DNA from: Bdellovibrio sp.
GTDB taxonomy: Bacteria > Bdellovibrionota > Bdellovibrionia > Bdellovibrionales > Bdellovibrionaceae
DNA: 64,000 nt
Reading direction: 5' to 3'
NCBI GenBank assembly: GCA_036677065.1
Contig: JAKFBS010000002.1
Location: forward strand, 800,001-864,000
Part shown: in pieces, positions 19,472 through 29,745 of the stretch
Position numbering within the stretch: position 1 is the first letter of the stretch
Layout of the letters: every line of letters begins with the position of its first letter
Made by a program: the position numbers and the translations under genes
Notes under the pieces: model-generated
The model's database searches: none
Seen by the model: the letters and a program-made list of their open reading frames with translations, nothing else
What the model was told of the DNA's origin: nothing

Positions 19472-20397
19472 GAACCAAAAAACTTTCTAGCTTCATCAAT
19501 GTCATTAAAAATTTGATGCTTAAGTGAATCTACGCTAGAAAATTTCATTTCATCACGGTGAAAGTGCTGTAGCTCTACTTTGATTTGTTCGCCATATATT
19601 TCTTCGTTAAAATTAAAAATATGAGTTTCAACTTTTAAGTAAGAATTATCGTTTTCAAACGTTGGATTATAGCCAATATTTGTAATCGATTTAAAAACTT
19701 TTTCATTCCAATATACCAAAGAAAAATAGACACCTTTGCGCGGAACAAAATCAATATCAGGGCTCACATTTGCGGTCGGTACCCCTAGCTGGCGGCCACG
19801 CTTAAAACCCACACGAACTGGTCCGCGAATATAGTACTTGCGACCCAAAAACTGCTCAGCCTGCTCAAGGTTTCCGTGCTCTAAAAGTTTACGAATAACA
19901 GATGAAGAAACCACTTGCCCCGAAAGCTCGAGAGCGCTGACAACTGTTAAGCCAATTTGATTTTTTTGGCAGTATTCACGTAAGAAATCGATACCACCTG
20001 AACGATCTTTTCCGAAGTTAAAATCATAGCCAACCACAAGGTGTTTTGGCTTAAAATAACGAGTGATGTAAAGATCCAAGAACTCATCCGCCTGCATGAG
20101 TGAAAAATCCTTTGTAAATTTTTCCTCAATTAGAAAGTCGATACCCATGGCTTCCATCTTTTCAGCCTGGTCTTTGTAATCAAAAAGTCTAAGCACTGGC
20201 GTACCGGGATTTAACAAAACACGAGGGTGTGGCTTAAAAGTCAGAACCACAGAAGGCAAATTATACTCTTTACCTTGAAAAATAAGCTCTTTTAGAAGCT
20301 TTTGATGCCCTAAGTGCACACCATCGAAGTTTCCGACGGTTAAAACCGATCCATTCAGGTGAGGCAAAGATTGATCGACGGTACGAATCCATTTCAT
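19468..20397 (-). CDS. ribF: Bifunctional riboflavin kinase/FAD synthetase
   Basis: GNFDGVHLGH, VGYDFNFG, SSSVIR, GRQLGVPTAN, NIGYNPTF, ETHIF. Confidence 0.95.
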   Translation of the reverse strand: MKWIRTVDQSLPHLNGSVLTVGNFDGVHLGHQKLLKELIFQGKEYNLPSVVLTFKPHPRVLLNPGTPVLRLFDYKDQAEKMEAMGIDFLIEEKFTKDFSLMQADEFLDLYITRYFKPKHLVVGYDFNFGKDRSGGIDFLREYCQKNQIGLTVVSALELSGQVVSSSVIRKLLEHGNLEQAEQFLGRKYYIRGPVRVGFKRGRQLGVPTANVSPDIDFVPRKGVYFSLVYWNEKVFKSITNIGYNPTFENDNSYLKVETHIFNFNEEIYGEQIKVELQHFHRDEMKFSSVDSLKHQIFNDIDEARKFFGS

Positions 20398-20472
20398 AGT
20401 GTTTAATATAATCTATATTGATCTGATTATCCAGCTACTCGTCATTGAAACTGGAGCAGAAATAGGTTAATT

Positions 20473-22296
20473 TTGCAACGCGTGAAAAATGATATCATCA
20501 ATTGGATAAAATGGACGATTAGTAAGAAAGGCTTCTGGAGCAGAGCCTTGCTTTGTTGGCTATTTTCGATAGTCCTGCTTAAATTTGATGAGATGGATCT
20601 TTACGACAGTCGCTTTAAGATTCGCGGACCACAGCCTGTAACCCGCGAGGCCGTTTTAGTCACGATTAAGCCCAGCGATTTTGTTAAAATTTCTGACGCC
20701 AAAACCAACTCTTTAATCAACATGAACGAATCACAAGATGTTAGCGATAGCTTTTTCTGGGATCAAAAGATTTGGTTTCAAATGCTATCACAAATTTTAG
20801 CGCAAAAACCAAGAGGCATCGGCGTTACTTTATTTTTTGGTGAAAATATCGGCGTAACACGTTTGAACTCTCAAGAAATTATGGTTTTCAAAGATCCAAA
20901 AATTACCTGGGCCACAAACACCAGTCTTTTAGAAAACATGTCTTTACCGTTTGCCACCCTGCCCGACCGGTCAAACATTGCCCACGTCGAAGTTTTACGT
21001 GACGAAGATGGTATCGTACGAAGACTGCAAGACAGTCGCGGTTTTTTACAAGACATCAGCCATGCGGTGATCGACCATGGACGCCTAAATAAAGATTCGC
21101 TTGCGGTTATTAATTACCGCGGCCTAGGGCGCTTCAAAAAAGTGGATCTGCAAAAAGTCTTGCGTGGCGATCTGCCCAAAGATTTTTTTCGTAATAAATT
21201 AGTTTTTATCGGCACCGACCGCACGATCAATTCACAAATTTTAACACCCCTTGGAACCATGTCCAAACATGAATACTGGGCTCAGGTTAGCGACAATATT
21301 TTAGAAAAACGTTTTATTAAAAAAGGCTCTACGTGGATCAATTCACTGTTACTGCTATTTTTAACTATTGCTGCTGTATTGATGATCACGCATTTTCCGC
21401 AAGCCGTGTCGCTGTTTCTATTTTTCTGGATTGGTACAATCTGGGCTGCTTTTTCAATTTGGGTCTTTGATACGTTTTATGTCTGGATCCCATTAGTAAG
21501 CCCACTAGTGTTATTAATTTTAATTTGGGTTTTATATATTGGTTACCACGCTCTGCGCATTGAAAAGGCCCATGCAGAATTACAACAAGAACAACGCTAT
21601 TTATCAGACCTTGAACAGTTAAAAAATAACTTCATCAGTTTGATCAGCCATGACCTAAAAACTCCGATTGCTAAAATTCAAGCCGTGATCGACCGCTTGG
21701 ATGCTGAAAAAAATATTCCTGACCAGATGCACGAAGATTTCGATAATTTAAAAATTTATTCTGAAGAATTAAATCGCTATATCCAATCAATCTTAAAAGT
21801 TCTGCGTGTTGAATCGCGCGATTTTCAAATTTTAAAAGAAGTCGCAGACTTAAACGAAATTATTGAAACTGTCGTTGAACGTTTAAAGCCTGTGGCTAAA
21901 ACTAAAAATGTTCACATTGATCTGACTTTAGAGCCGATGTTTTTAATTGAATTCGACGTGACGTTAATGACCGAAGTTTTTTTAAATTTAGTTGAAAATG
22001 CGATTAAATACACTCCGGCAAACGGACGAGTTTCGATTCGCACAAAAGAAACTGACACTGAAATCCTGATTGAAATTCAGGATACCGGCGAAGGTATCGC
22101 CACCGAAGATCAAATGCATATCTGGAAAAAGTTTGTGCGTGGGCGCAACCAAGATCAAAAAACTAAAGGTACAGGCCTTGGGCTTTACCTGGTTAAATAT
22201 TTTATTGAGCTGCATGGCGGAAATATCGCTTTAAAATCTGATGTCGGCGTTGGCACGACGTTTTATGTTCGACTGCCGATTGATCCGGTACTATAA
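20473..22296 (+). CDS. CHASE2-domain sensor histidine kinase
   Basis: DEDGIVRR, FRNKLVFIG, TPLG, three TM helices, SHDLKTP, NLVENAIKYT, GTGLGLY. Confidence 0.85.
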   Translation: MQRVKNDIINWIKWTISKKGFWSRALLCWLFSIVLLKFDEMDLYDSRFKIRGPQPVTREAVLVTIKPSDFVKISDAKTNSLINMNESQDVSDSFFWDQKIWFQMLSQILAQKPRGIGVTLFFGENIGVTRLNSQEIMVFKDPKITWATNTSLLENMSLPFATLPDRSNIAHVEVLRDEDGIVRRLQDSRGFLQDISHAVIDHGRLNKDSLAVINYRGLGRFKKVDLQKVLRGDLPKDFFRNKLVFIGTDRTINSQILTPLGTMSKHEYWAQVSDNILEKRFIKKGSTWINSLLLLFLTIAAVLMITHFPQAVSLFLFFWIGTIWAAFSIWVFDTFYVWIPLVSPLVLLILIWVLYIGYHALRIEKAHAELQQEQRYLSDLEQLKNNFISLISHDLKTPIAKIQAVIDRLDAEKNIPDQMHEDFDNLKIYSEELNRYIQSILKVLRVESRDFQILKEVADLNEIIETVVERLKPVAKTKNVHIDLTLEPMFLIEFDVTLMTEVFLNLVENAIKYTPANGRVSIRTKETDTEILIEIQDTGEGIATEDQMHIWKKFVRGRNQDQKTKGTGLGLYLVKYFIELHGGNIALKSDVGVGTTFYVRLPIDPVL

Positions 22297-22323
22297 TTAG
22301 CTTATAGGCAAATAAGGGATGTT

Positions 22324-23751
22324 ATGAAATTAAACACACTGATCGTAGATGATGAACAAGAGTTAAGAAAATCGGTTGCGAGTATTTTATTAAACTCAAT
22401 GCCTGATGTGACATTCAATATCACTGAAGCCTCAAATGGCCGTGAAGCTGTTGAGCTTGCGAAAAAAGAATTCTGGGATCTAATTTTAATGGACGTTCGC
22501 ATGCCCGAGATCGATGGGCTTGAAGCCTTACGCCAAATCAAAGAAATTGACCCACGCACATTTGTCGTGATCATGACGGCGCATTCAAATTTAAATGATG
22601 CCATTATCGCTATTAAAGATGGTGCTTACGATTACGTTGAAAAACCAGTAAGCCCTGACAAATTATCAGCTATCGTGCGCAAAAGTATCGAAGCGAATGA
22701 AATGATCACTGAACTTACTGCTTCTAATCCGATTTTTGATGACGATATCGAAAGTGAAATTGTTGGCCAAAATTCAAAAATGAAAGAAGTTTTTAATCTG
22801 ATCTACAAACTTTGCAAAGTCGACACCACAGTTTTAATCCGCGGCGAAAACGGAACTGGTAAAGAACTTGTAGCCAAAGCCATTCACTTCAATTCGCCCC
22901 GTAAATCTGGGGCTTTTGTAGCAATTAACTGTGGCGCGATTCCTGAACATTTAATGGAATCAGAATTATTCGGTCATGAAAAAGGCGCTTTTACCGGAGC
23001 CATCGAACGTAAAATCGGTAAATTTCAATTAGCTAATAACGGCACATTATTCTTGGATGAAATCGCAGAACTTAAACCTGAAATGCAGGTTAAATTACTA
23101 CGTGCACTACAAGAAAAGAAATTCACTCCTGTGGGCTCAAACCGCGAAGTTAAAACTAACGCGCGTATTATCGCAGCCACAAACCGCAATTTAGAAAAAA
23201 TGATGGAAGACCAAGAGTTTCGTGAAGATCTTTTTTATCGTTTAAATGTAATGCCGATTTTCTTACCACCATTGCGTGACCGTTATGATGATATTCCTGA
23301 ATTAGCAGTTAACTTTTTAGAGAAGTTTTCTAAATCGCACGCGAAACAAATTCATTCTATTGCACCAGATTGTTTAGATTTAATGAAAAACTATCGCTGG
23401 CCAGGAAACATTCGTGAATTAGAAAATGTGATTGAGCGCGCGTTTATCGTTGAATCGACGCAAGTGATGACGACAGCAAGCTTACCCGAAAACATTCGTA
23501 ATCAAGCAGCCGCTAAACAAGCGCAAAGCCAAGCCGCAACTGCAGTCGGCGGCGTGAAAGCCGTACCTCAAGCTCATGGTGCTTTAGATTTCGAATTATT
23601 TAAAGAACAAGCTGAAAAAGATTTTATCGTGAGCGCTTTAAAAGCGAACAAAGGTAAAATCAATCAGACTGTAGCTCAGGCTAATATTCCGAAAAATACG
23701 TTGTTACGTAAAATTCGTAAATACAATATTAACGTAAAAGATTTTTCTTAA
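22324..23751 (+). CDS. sigma54-dependent (NtrC-family) response regulator
   Basis: REC domain, GENGTGKE, GAFTGA, WPGNIRELEN, C-terminal HTH; directly follows the kinase. Confidence 0.9.
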   Translation: MKLNTLIVDDEQELRKSVASILLNSMPDVTFNITEASNGREAVELAKKEFWDLILMDVRMPEIDGLEALRQIKEIDPRTFVVIMTAHSNLNDAIIAIKDGAYDYVEKPVSPDKLSAIVRKSIEANEMITELTASNPIFDDDIESEIVGQNSKMKEVFNLIYKLCKVDTTVLIRGENGTGKELVAKAIHFNSPRKSGAFVAINCGAIPEHLMESELFGHEKGAFTGAIERKIGKFQLANNGTLFLDEIAELKPEMQVKLLRALQEKKFTPVGSNREVKTNARIIAATNRNLEKMMEDQEFREDLFYRLNVMPIFLPPLRDRYDDIPELAVNFLEKFSKSHAKQIHSIAPDCLDLMKNYRWPGNIRELENVIERAFIVESTQVMTTASLPENIRNQAAAKQAQSQAATAVGGVKAVPQAHGALDFELFKEQAEKDFIVSALKANKGKINQTVAQANIPKNTLLRKIRKYNINVKDFS

Positions 23752-23753
23752 TT

Positions 23754-23787
23754 ATCTTACAAGCTGGCATTGGCCAGCTTGTAAGAT
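23754..23787. terminator. Perfect 15-bp hairpin between convergent genes (probable bidirectional terminator)
   Basis: ATCTTACAAGCTGGC-ATTG-GCCAGCTTGTAAGAT. Confidence 0.7.
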
Positions 23788-23789
23788 TT

Positions 23790-24368
23790 CTATTTGATTG
23801 TTGAATTTAGGGTACGAATCAATTTTGCGATTTCAATACCAATTACTGCTGACCTTGAATCTATCTTGTAATTATCAAATGCATACGAATCATCTCTTAC
23901 TTGCTTAAATACGAACGGAGTCCAGACGGCGGCCCTGAATTTGAAAGTTGATTGAGCCGACTGACCAGAGGCTTCAATTACCGAAATATCCGTTTCAAAC
24001 GATGAATATGATGGAATAATTCCGGCACTTAAAACAGTGACGACCGACCATCCACCTAAAAAAGCTTCGTAATATGGCGACATCTTGCGGTGAATTTTGA
24101 CTTGAAGCTTCATTCTTTCTGTATCGCATTTTGTATTAATATTAAAAGTAGCTAGAACCTGCAGAATTTTTTCTCTACTAAGCGAATCTAGATCCTTTTC
24201 TTGAATGCCATCATGTAGATGACGCTTATTAATTGTTACAAATGCAATATCTGCGCAGATCTGTTTCTGAGTATCAAGATTTGGACGAGTGATATCATTT
24301 AAAGTAACGCAACCTGAAAATAATGAAGTAACGATTAGGCCAAGGACATGCAATTTAATTGCGAACAC
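23790..24368 (-). CDS. Hypothetical lipoprotein
   Basis: GTG 24368 gives MFAIKLHVLGLIVTSLFSGC lipobox; internal hydrophobic VVTVLSAGIIP segment. Confidence 0.7.
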   Translation of the reverse strand: MFAIKLHVLGLIVTSLFSGCVTLNDITRPNLDTQKQICADIAFVTINKRHLHDGIQEKDLDSLSREKILQVLATFNINTKCDTERMKLQVKIHRKMSPYYEAFLGGWSVVTVLSAGIIPSYSSFETDISVIEASGQSAQSTFKFRAAVWTPFVFKQVRDDSYAFDNYKIDSRSAVIGIEIAKLIRTLNSTIK

Positions 24369-24370
24369 TT

Positions 24371-24667
24371 TTATCTCACGAGCTGGCATTGGCCAGCTTC
24401 GCATTTTGTTTTATTGATATCTGCATCTGGTGCACACATTCCAATAACAGCGCAAGTTGATGGGTTATCAAATTTCTGCCATGCGGGATTTTTATTATAA
24501 TCCTTAAGATGTTTTTTATTGATCGCAGCTTTTGTTGATCCACAACAATGTTTAAACGGAACAATAATACAGTCACTGTTCTTTTCACATTTACCAAGAT
24601 CTGCTTCTTTAACTGCGAAACATTGAAAACTAAATAACATTGTTAATAAACTAATTGTGCCGCGCAT
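24371..24667 (-). CDS. Small secreted cysteine-rich protein
   Basis: Signal peptide; eight Cys in the mature part (CEKNSDC, HCCG, CAVIGMC, CEAGQC). Confidence 0.75.
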   Translation of the reverse strand: MRGTISLLTMLFSFQCFAVKEADLGKCEKNSDCIIVPFKHCCGSTKAAINKKHLKDYNKNPAWQKFDNPSTCAVIGMCAPDADINKTKCEAGQCQLVR

Positions 24668-25703
24668 TTAAAACCTTCTTCGCTGAATGAAAAACATTTT
24701 CAGGTAAAATCTCTTTCATACAATTATGATGACCGAGCGGACACTTATTATGACCATGCAGCCCGCAGGGTCTGCACGTTAAATTTCTGTTCTCAACCAC
24801 GACGCTTTGATCATTCCAGGGTCTGAAACCTAAATCTAAAGTCGTCGGTCCGAATATCGCCATCACAGGCGTTCCGACACTTGCACCCAAATGTGAAGGT
24901 GATGAATCATTACCGATAATTAAATCGCAAGATTTTAAAAAATCGATTGAATCTACGAGCTTCATTTTTCCGGCCAGCACTTCAGCTTTTGCATTCTTAA
25001 CCTTAATCTCTTCGCACAATGGCGCTTCTTCAGGGCCACCCATAAGGTGAACCTGATATCCTGCTGCGATTAATTTTTCGCACAATTCAGCGTAATAATT
25101 AACTGGCCATTTTTTGGTTTCCCAAACTGAACCTGGAAATAGGGCGATTTTTTTTACTTGGCTTGGCGTGTGTGGGGCAACATGCATCGAGAAAAACTCT
25201 GGAATATGCTGAAAATCCCCGTCTGGCTTGGCCTTATTTAAATAGCTCCAGTCCTGCTGTTGAATTTTTTCAGCAGTGACAGGATCTACCGGAGCTAGCA
25301 ATGCCATTTGGCGAATAGCATCTGGAAAGGATTTTAAATACTTAACAGTTTCAGTAAAAAATAAGAAGTTTAAACCCTGACTGAAACCGTATTTCTTTTT
25401 AGCTTTTAACTGCATCGTAAAAAGTGCTGAACGTAATGAGCGATGTAGGCAAAACACCGTCTTCACATCAGTGTGGGCGTTAATATTTTTAACAGCTTGG
25501 CGGTACGACGACTTGTCGCCTTTGTTTACAGTCACGAGTTCGTCGATGACCTGTAATTTAAGTAAATAGTCTGCGACCCCTTTTTTAGCGACAAAGATAA
25601 TTTTGTCATTAGGGTATAAGGCTTTAAGCCTTTTTAAAAAAGGGATAGATAAAAACACATCGCCAATAAATGCCGTCTGCACGACAACGTGATAAGCTGA
25701 CAT
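24651..25703 (-). CDS. GT9 glycosyltransferase (LPS heptosyltransferase WaaF-like)
   Basis: QTAFIGDV, PGSVWETKKWP, GNDSSPSH, IFGPT, CRPCGLHG..CP.GHHNCM. Confidence 0.85.
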   Translation of the reverse strand: MSAYHVVVQTAFIGDVFLSIPFLKRLKALYPNDKIIFVAKKGVADYLLKLQVIDELVTVNKGDKSSYRQAVKNINAHTDVKTVFCLHRSLRSALFTMQLKAKKKYGFSQGLNFLFFTETVKYLKSFPDAIRQMALLAPVDPVTAEKIQQQDWSYLNKAKPDGDFQHIPEFFSMHVAPHTPSQVKKIALFPGSVWETKKWPVNYYAELCEKLIAAGYQVHLMGGPEEAPLCEEIKVKNAKAEVLAGKMKLVDSIDFLKSCDLIIGNDSSPSHLGASVGTPVMAIFGPTTLDLGFRPWNDQSVVVENRNLTCRPCGLHGHNKCPLGHHNCMKEILPENVFHSAKKVLNARHN

Positions 25704-26743
25704 TAGTTTCCTGGTTCGATATCGATCACTTCTGAGACTAAGGTTCCGATTTTGATTTTAGCTTCGACGCGCAAGATGTATTTATGTTCGTCATCTGAAA
25801 CCCAGATAAAAATATCACCGGTTTGCGATAACGCCCCACGAGTTACAATGCTGGCTTTAATCTTAATTGCGTTAAAGTCACCAGCTTCAGTGTTTAGCTT
25901 TTCTTTACCGACAGCTGTGCCAGTAAACACGATATTTTTTTTATCTTCGGCTACACGAAAAGAAACTTGTTTGCCTTCTTTCCAGTTAAATATACGCATG
26001 TAAAATAAACCGCTAAATGCATTTTGCGAAAATGGTAAGATATCCCATGTGAATTTACGTTCTTCTTCGCCTGATTTTTCAGTGTATTTTTTCTCCCAAA
26101 AGCTTGCAGTCAGAGTTTCATTATTAAAATAAGATTGGGATTGGGCTAATTTACCGGTCTCTTTGATGTTAATTTTCAACACATGCGGCATTAACGTTTC
26201 GTAATCTAAAAAAGTATCAACCCGGTCTTCAACAGAATAAAAATTTGAAAACACACGGCTGGATTGCAGACTGACTGAAAAATTATAGCTTTTACGGTTA
26301 TTAACCTGAGCAAAAGGCTTAACTTGCATGGTTAAAGTTCCGGCTTTAGCAGAAAAGTAGCTGACTTCGTGAATGACTTTTTCACCGACCTTAAATGGAT
26401 CAACATTCGGTCTACGCGAATTTCCGGCAAAACCTTCGCTATCTTCGATTTCTGGCTGACGCTTTGTCGACACTTCGACTTTTTTTACGTCGGTTTTTTT
26501 TGTTTTTAATTTTTTTAATTCTTTTTTGACTGCAACTTCTTTAGCGGCTGCCGGCTGAGGCTTTTCCTCAACTTTTGCAGCCTCGGCTTTTGGGGCTTCA
26601 ACAACATCGTCTTCTTCAGTCTGAATTTTTACTTCACGTTCAAACTCTTCGTTTTTAAAAAACTTATCTTGTTTTTCGTACTTTAAAAATTTGCTCGAAC
26701 AGCTCGATAAGGCTATGAAGAAAACTAAGCTAATCATTGTCAT
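25703..26743 (-). CDS. DUF3108-family lipoprotein
   Basis: Lipobox LSSC from ATG 26743 (overlaps the upstream stop); PFKVGEK, EKLNTEAGDFNAIK, IWVSDDEHKYILRVEAKIKIG. Confidence 0.75.
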   Translation of the reverse strand: MTMISLVFFIALSSCSSKFLKYEKQDKFFKNEEFEREVKIQTEEDDVVEAPKAEAAKVEEKPQPAAAKEVAVKKELKKLKTKKTDVKKVEVSTKRQPEIEDSEGFAGNSRRPNVDPFKVGEKVIHEVSYFSAKAGTLTMQVKPFAQVNNRKSYNFSVSLQSSRVFSNFYSVEDRVDTFLDYETLMPHVLKINIKETGKLAQSQSYFNNETLTASFWEKKYTEKSGEEERKFTWDILPFSQNAFSGLFYMRIFNWKEGKQVSFRVAEDKKNIVFTGTAVGKEKLNTEAGDFNAIKIKASIVTRGALSQTGDIFIWVSDDEHKYILRVEAKIKIGTLVSEVIDIEPGN

Positions 26744-27612
26744 TCGAAATCCTTCCACCGGCGATGTACCCACATCCACTGATCTGGATACTGTCGGATG
26801 ATATTTTCTAACGTCGCATTAAAACGATTCGTTATAATGCGACGTGCTTCTTGTTTATCATCGGTCGGAACATCATCAATTTTGATCGCCGAGCCAATAC
26901 CAATATGCAGCTTTTTATTATCATCCCAATATGTATAAAGTGGCAACACCGGAGCCTTAGTCTTCACGGCAAATACAGCTAGACCATAGGCGGTGCCGGT
27001 TTTTTTACCGAAAAATTCGGTCTCGATCCCATAGGGTTTACCCATAAACTGATCGAGAACAAAAACTACGGCGCGTTTTAGGCGCAGGGCTTTTAAAATA
27101 TCAAAGGCATTCTGTTTACTATGAGCATCAATAATTTCGGTTTTCGATTTTGTGCGCAAATAAAACCAAAACTCATCGACAAAAACATTTGTAAATCGTT
27201 TCGAGATCAAACTTAACGGAACGACTTTATCGCTCATTACGGCAGCGGCCAAATCTGCCCCACCCAAATGCAGGGTTAAAAAGAAAAAGCCTTGATCCTT
27301 GGGTACATTTTCCAAACCGTGAAAAACGATATTATCTTTAACCCATTTATCATTTACATAGGGCACACGGCCAAGATCAACTAAGCCACGGCCAAGAACG
27401 TAAATAGATTTTCGCATCCACTGTTTTTTGGTTTCTTCTGAAGTTCCGGGAAATGCAATATCGATATTGTCATACACTACTTTTTTTCTTAGCTGTAAAA
27501 CATCGACCCATAACCAGGCCCAAAAACGCGCAAAAAAATCATTAAACGCCCAAGGCAGCAAATGAATAACGAACGCATAGATGTTACTAAATAATCTTGC
27601 TAAGCGTCGCAC
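26740..27612 (-). CDS. lpxL: Lipid A late acyltransferase (LpxL/HtrB family)
   Basis: HLGGAD (HX4D), LDQ, EFFG, PDQWMWVHRRWK. Confidence 0.85.
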   Translation of the reverse strand: MRRLARLFSNIYAFVIHLLPWAFNDFFARFWAWLWVDVLQLRKKVVYDNIDIAFPGTSEETKKQWMRKSIYVLGRGLVDLGRVPYVNDKWVKDNIVFHGLENVPKDQGFFFLTLHLGGADLAAAVMSDKVVPLSLISKRFTNVFVDEFWFYLRTKSKTEIIDAHSKQNAFDILKALRLKRAVVFVLDQFMGKPYGIETEFFGKKTGTAYGLAVFAVKTKAPVLPLYTYWDDNKKLHIGIGSAIKIDDVPTDDKQEARRIITNRFNATLENIIRQYPDQWMWVHRRWKDFE

Positions 27613-28564
27613 GCAAGGCTTCCTTATCCTGAGGGCTAAATTGCAATTTTAATGAGATCGCCAGAGTCTGAGCTTTAAGATCGGTATCAGTGATTTTAAC
27701 TAAATCTTTTTCAGTAGCACACAGAACACTGTCAGGAAATTTTGCGCGCCATTGTGTTAAAATATCACTTTGATCAGCTAGCGAATACGCATGGTGATCT
27801 GGGTAAACCAAGTGATTAACGATATTATATCCACTGGCTTCTAAATTATTTTTAAGCTGTGTCGGGTTACCAATAGCCGAGTATAAAAATAAATTCTTAT
27901 TCTCTGAATTCACAACCGATAAAGCTTTAGATTCAAAAAAAGGATGATTATGCGTCTTCAAATAGTCGCGAAAGTATCTAAATGTTTCTAAATTCGCATT
28001 ATTAACTTTAGTTAATATCACAAAATTTGAACGTAAGACTTGGTCAATATCTTCACGCAAATGCCCAAAAGGCAGTAGCTGATAGTGTGACATTGGCTGA
28101 GAAACATCGATTAAAACAATGTCTAAATGACGCTTTAAAGTACGGTGAGAAAAACCATCATCAACAATCACGACATCTATTTTTTGTTTTAGGTCATGGT
28201 AACGATCTAAAGCAAATTCAACGGTATCTGTTTTATGTGGACCACTCCAGACAAACACATGCGGCGCTAATTTTTTAAGAAGACAAGCTTCATCGCCATA
28301 CATAAAAGTATGTTTTAAATTTTCCAGGGTAACTTCAGCAGGCTGGGGAAGTTTGGCTTTATAGCTTTTAGCGACGACTAAGATGTTTTCACCTTCTAAT
28401 AGCGAAATAACTTCTAACACTACAGGCGTTTTGCCGGTGCCACCTGTTGTCAGGTTTCCGATAGAAATAACCGGTACTCCAAATTTTTCAGGTTTGAACC
28501 AGCCCATATCATACATCGCGTTTTTTGCGGTTATAATTAAATGATAGGGGTTTAAATATTTCAT
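27587..28564 (-). CDS. lpxK: Tetraacyldisaccharide 4'-kinase
   Basis: VISIGNLTTGGTGKTP, GDE, DDGFSH, LPFGHLRE, YPDHH, TEKDLVK. Confidence 0.92.
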   Translation of the reverse strand: MKYLNPYHLIITAKNAMYDMGWFKPEKFGVPVISIGNLTTGGTGKTPVVLEVISLLEGENILVVAKSYKAKLPQPAEVTLENLKHTFMYGDEACLLKKLAPHVFVWSGPHKTDTVEFALDRYHDLKQKIDVVIVDDGFSHRTLKRHLDIVLIDVSQPMSHYQLLPFGHLREDIDQVLRSNFVILTKVNNANLETFRYFRDYLKTHNHPFFESKALSVVNSENKNLFLYSAIGNPTQLKNNLEASGYNIVNHLVYPDHHAYSLADQSDILTQWRAKFPDSVLCATEKDLVKITDTDLKAQTLAISLKLQFSPQDKEALRATLSKII

Positions 28565-29745
28565 ATGTGTTTTGCTAAAGCCGCACCAACACGTGCAGTA
28601 GCTCCCACATCACCTAATAGATACTGCACTTGGGCTAATTTTTTGATGGTCGCCTGAGTGTAGGCTTCATCATTGATAAATTTTTCTAATAACGGAATGA
28701 TATTTTCACTTGTAGCATCAGCTTGCAAAAGCTCTGGTACGACTTCTTCGTTCATGACCAGATTCACTAAGCCGAAGTATTTAATCCCGCGAACCAAGAT
28801 GCGAGCTATTACGCCCGAGAGCCACTTCATGCGATAAATGATCACCATCGGTTTTTGCAGTAAGCCCACCATCAAAGTGGCTGTACCGGAAGTCGCTAGA
28901 ATATAATGAGCTAAGGCGATCATTTTATTTGGGTCATCTTGAATTAAAATGTACGGCATTTTAACATCAGCAGAATTTTCATCGATAAAGTCGCGAATGT
29001 AGTCTTTTGTTAATGTCGGAGCCACAAAGATCATAATTCGTAAAAAATTATATTTTTTAGCTAAAGCACGCGCCACTTCAAGCTGCACGCCAAAGTTTAG
29101 CTGAATTTCGCTTTTGCGCGAGCCTGGCATTAATGCCAGAACTTTTTCATTTGGACTAATGCCGTATTTTTGCCGAGATAATTCTTGTTGTTTTAAATCT
29201 AACAAATTTTGATCAATGTCTTCCAGTAACGGATGACCCACGAATTCGTGAGGAACGTTATGTTCTTCGTAAAACGCTTTTTCAAATGGAAATAGCAAAA
29301 ATACTTTATCGCAAACTTTTTTAATATTGTGAATACGGCCTTTTCTCCAGGCCCATACTTGCGGAGAAATATAATAAAATACTTTAATACCGTGGGCGCC
29401 CAATTTTTGCTTTAAGGTTTTAGCCAGCTTTAAATTAAAATCCGGGTAATCCAGCAATAATAAAAATTTAGGTTTAATGCGAATGGCTTCTTCGACTAAT
29501 TTTTCAAAAACAGCTTTTAATTCACTGTAGTGAGCAATCACTTCGGCAACACCGACAACAGCCATATCTTCAGATTTACCAAAGCGGCGCATACCGAAGT
29601 CTTCCATGGCTTGTGAACCAACACCGCAAATATCCAGATCGATATTATGCTCTTTCCAATACTTCATCAATTTTAGCGCGTAATACGCACTAGAAGCTTC
29701 GGCGGCCACAATCATAATCTGCGGCTTGCTATTTGTATTACTCAA
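28561..29745 (-). CDS. lpxB: Lipid-A-disaccharide synthase
   Basis: AAEAS, DYPDFN, YYISPQVWAWR, FVGHPL, PGSRKSE, SGTATL. Confidence 0.95.
   Translation of the reverse strand: MSNTNSKPQIMIVAAEASSAYYALKLMKYWKEHNIDLDICGVGSQAMEDFGMRRFGKSEDMAVVGVAEVIAHYSELKAVFEKLVEEAIRIKPKFLLLLDYPDFNLKLAKTLKQKLGAHGIKVFYYISPQVWAWRKGRIHNIKKVCDKVFLLFPFEKAFYEEHNVPHEFVGHPLLEDIDQNLLDLKQQELSRQKYGISPNEKVLALMPGSRKSEIQLNFGVQLEVARALAKKYNFLRIMIFVAPTLTKDYIRDFIDENSADVKMPYILIQDDPNKMIALAHYILATSGTATLMVGLLQKPMVIIYRMKWLSGVIARILVRGIKYFGLVNLVMNEEVVPELLQADATSENIIPLLEKFINDEAYTQATIKKLAQVQYLLGDVGATARVGAALAKHI

Larger units (their letters stand above)
23752..24399. repeat. 29-bp direct repeats (23752-23780 and 24371-24399, 27/29 identical) flanking a lipoprotein gene
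   Basis: TTATCTTACAAGCTGGCATTGGCCAGCTT vs TTATCTCACGAGCTGGCATTGGCCAGCTT. Confidence 0.9.

Noticed and set aside
23752..24399. Integron attC cassette interpretation of the repeat-flanked gene
   Set aside because: No RYYYAAC/GTTRRRY core sites at the ends, the hairpin is too short, and no integrase is present in the window.
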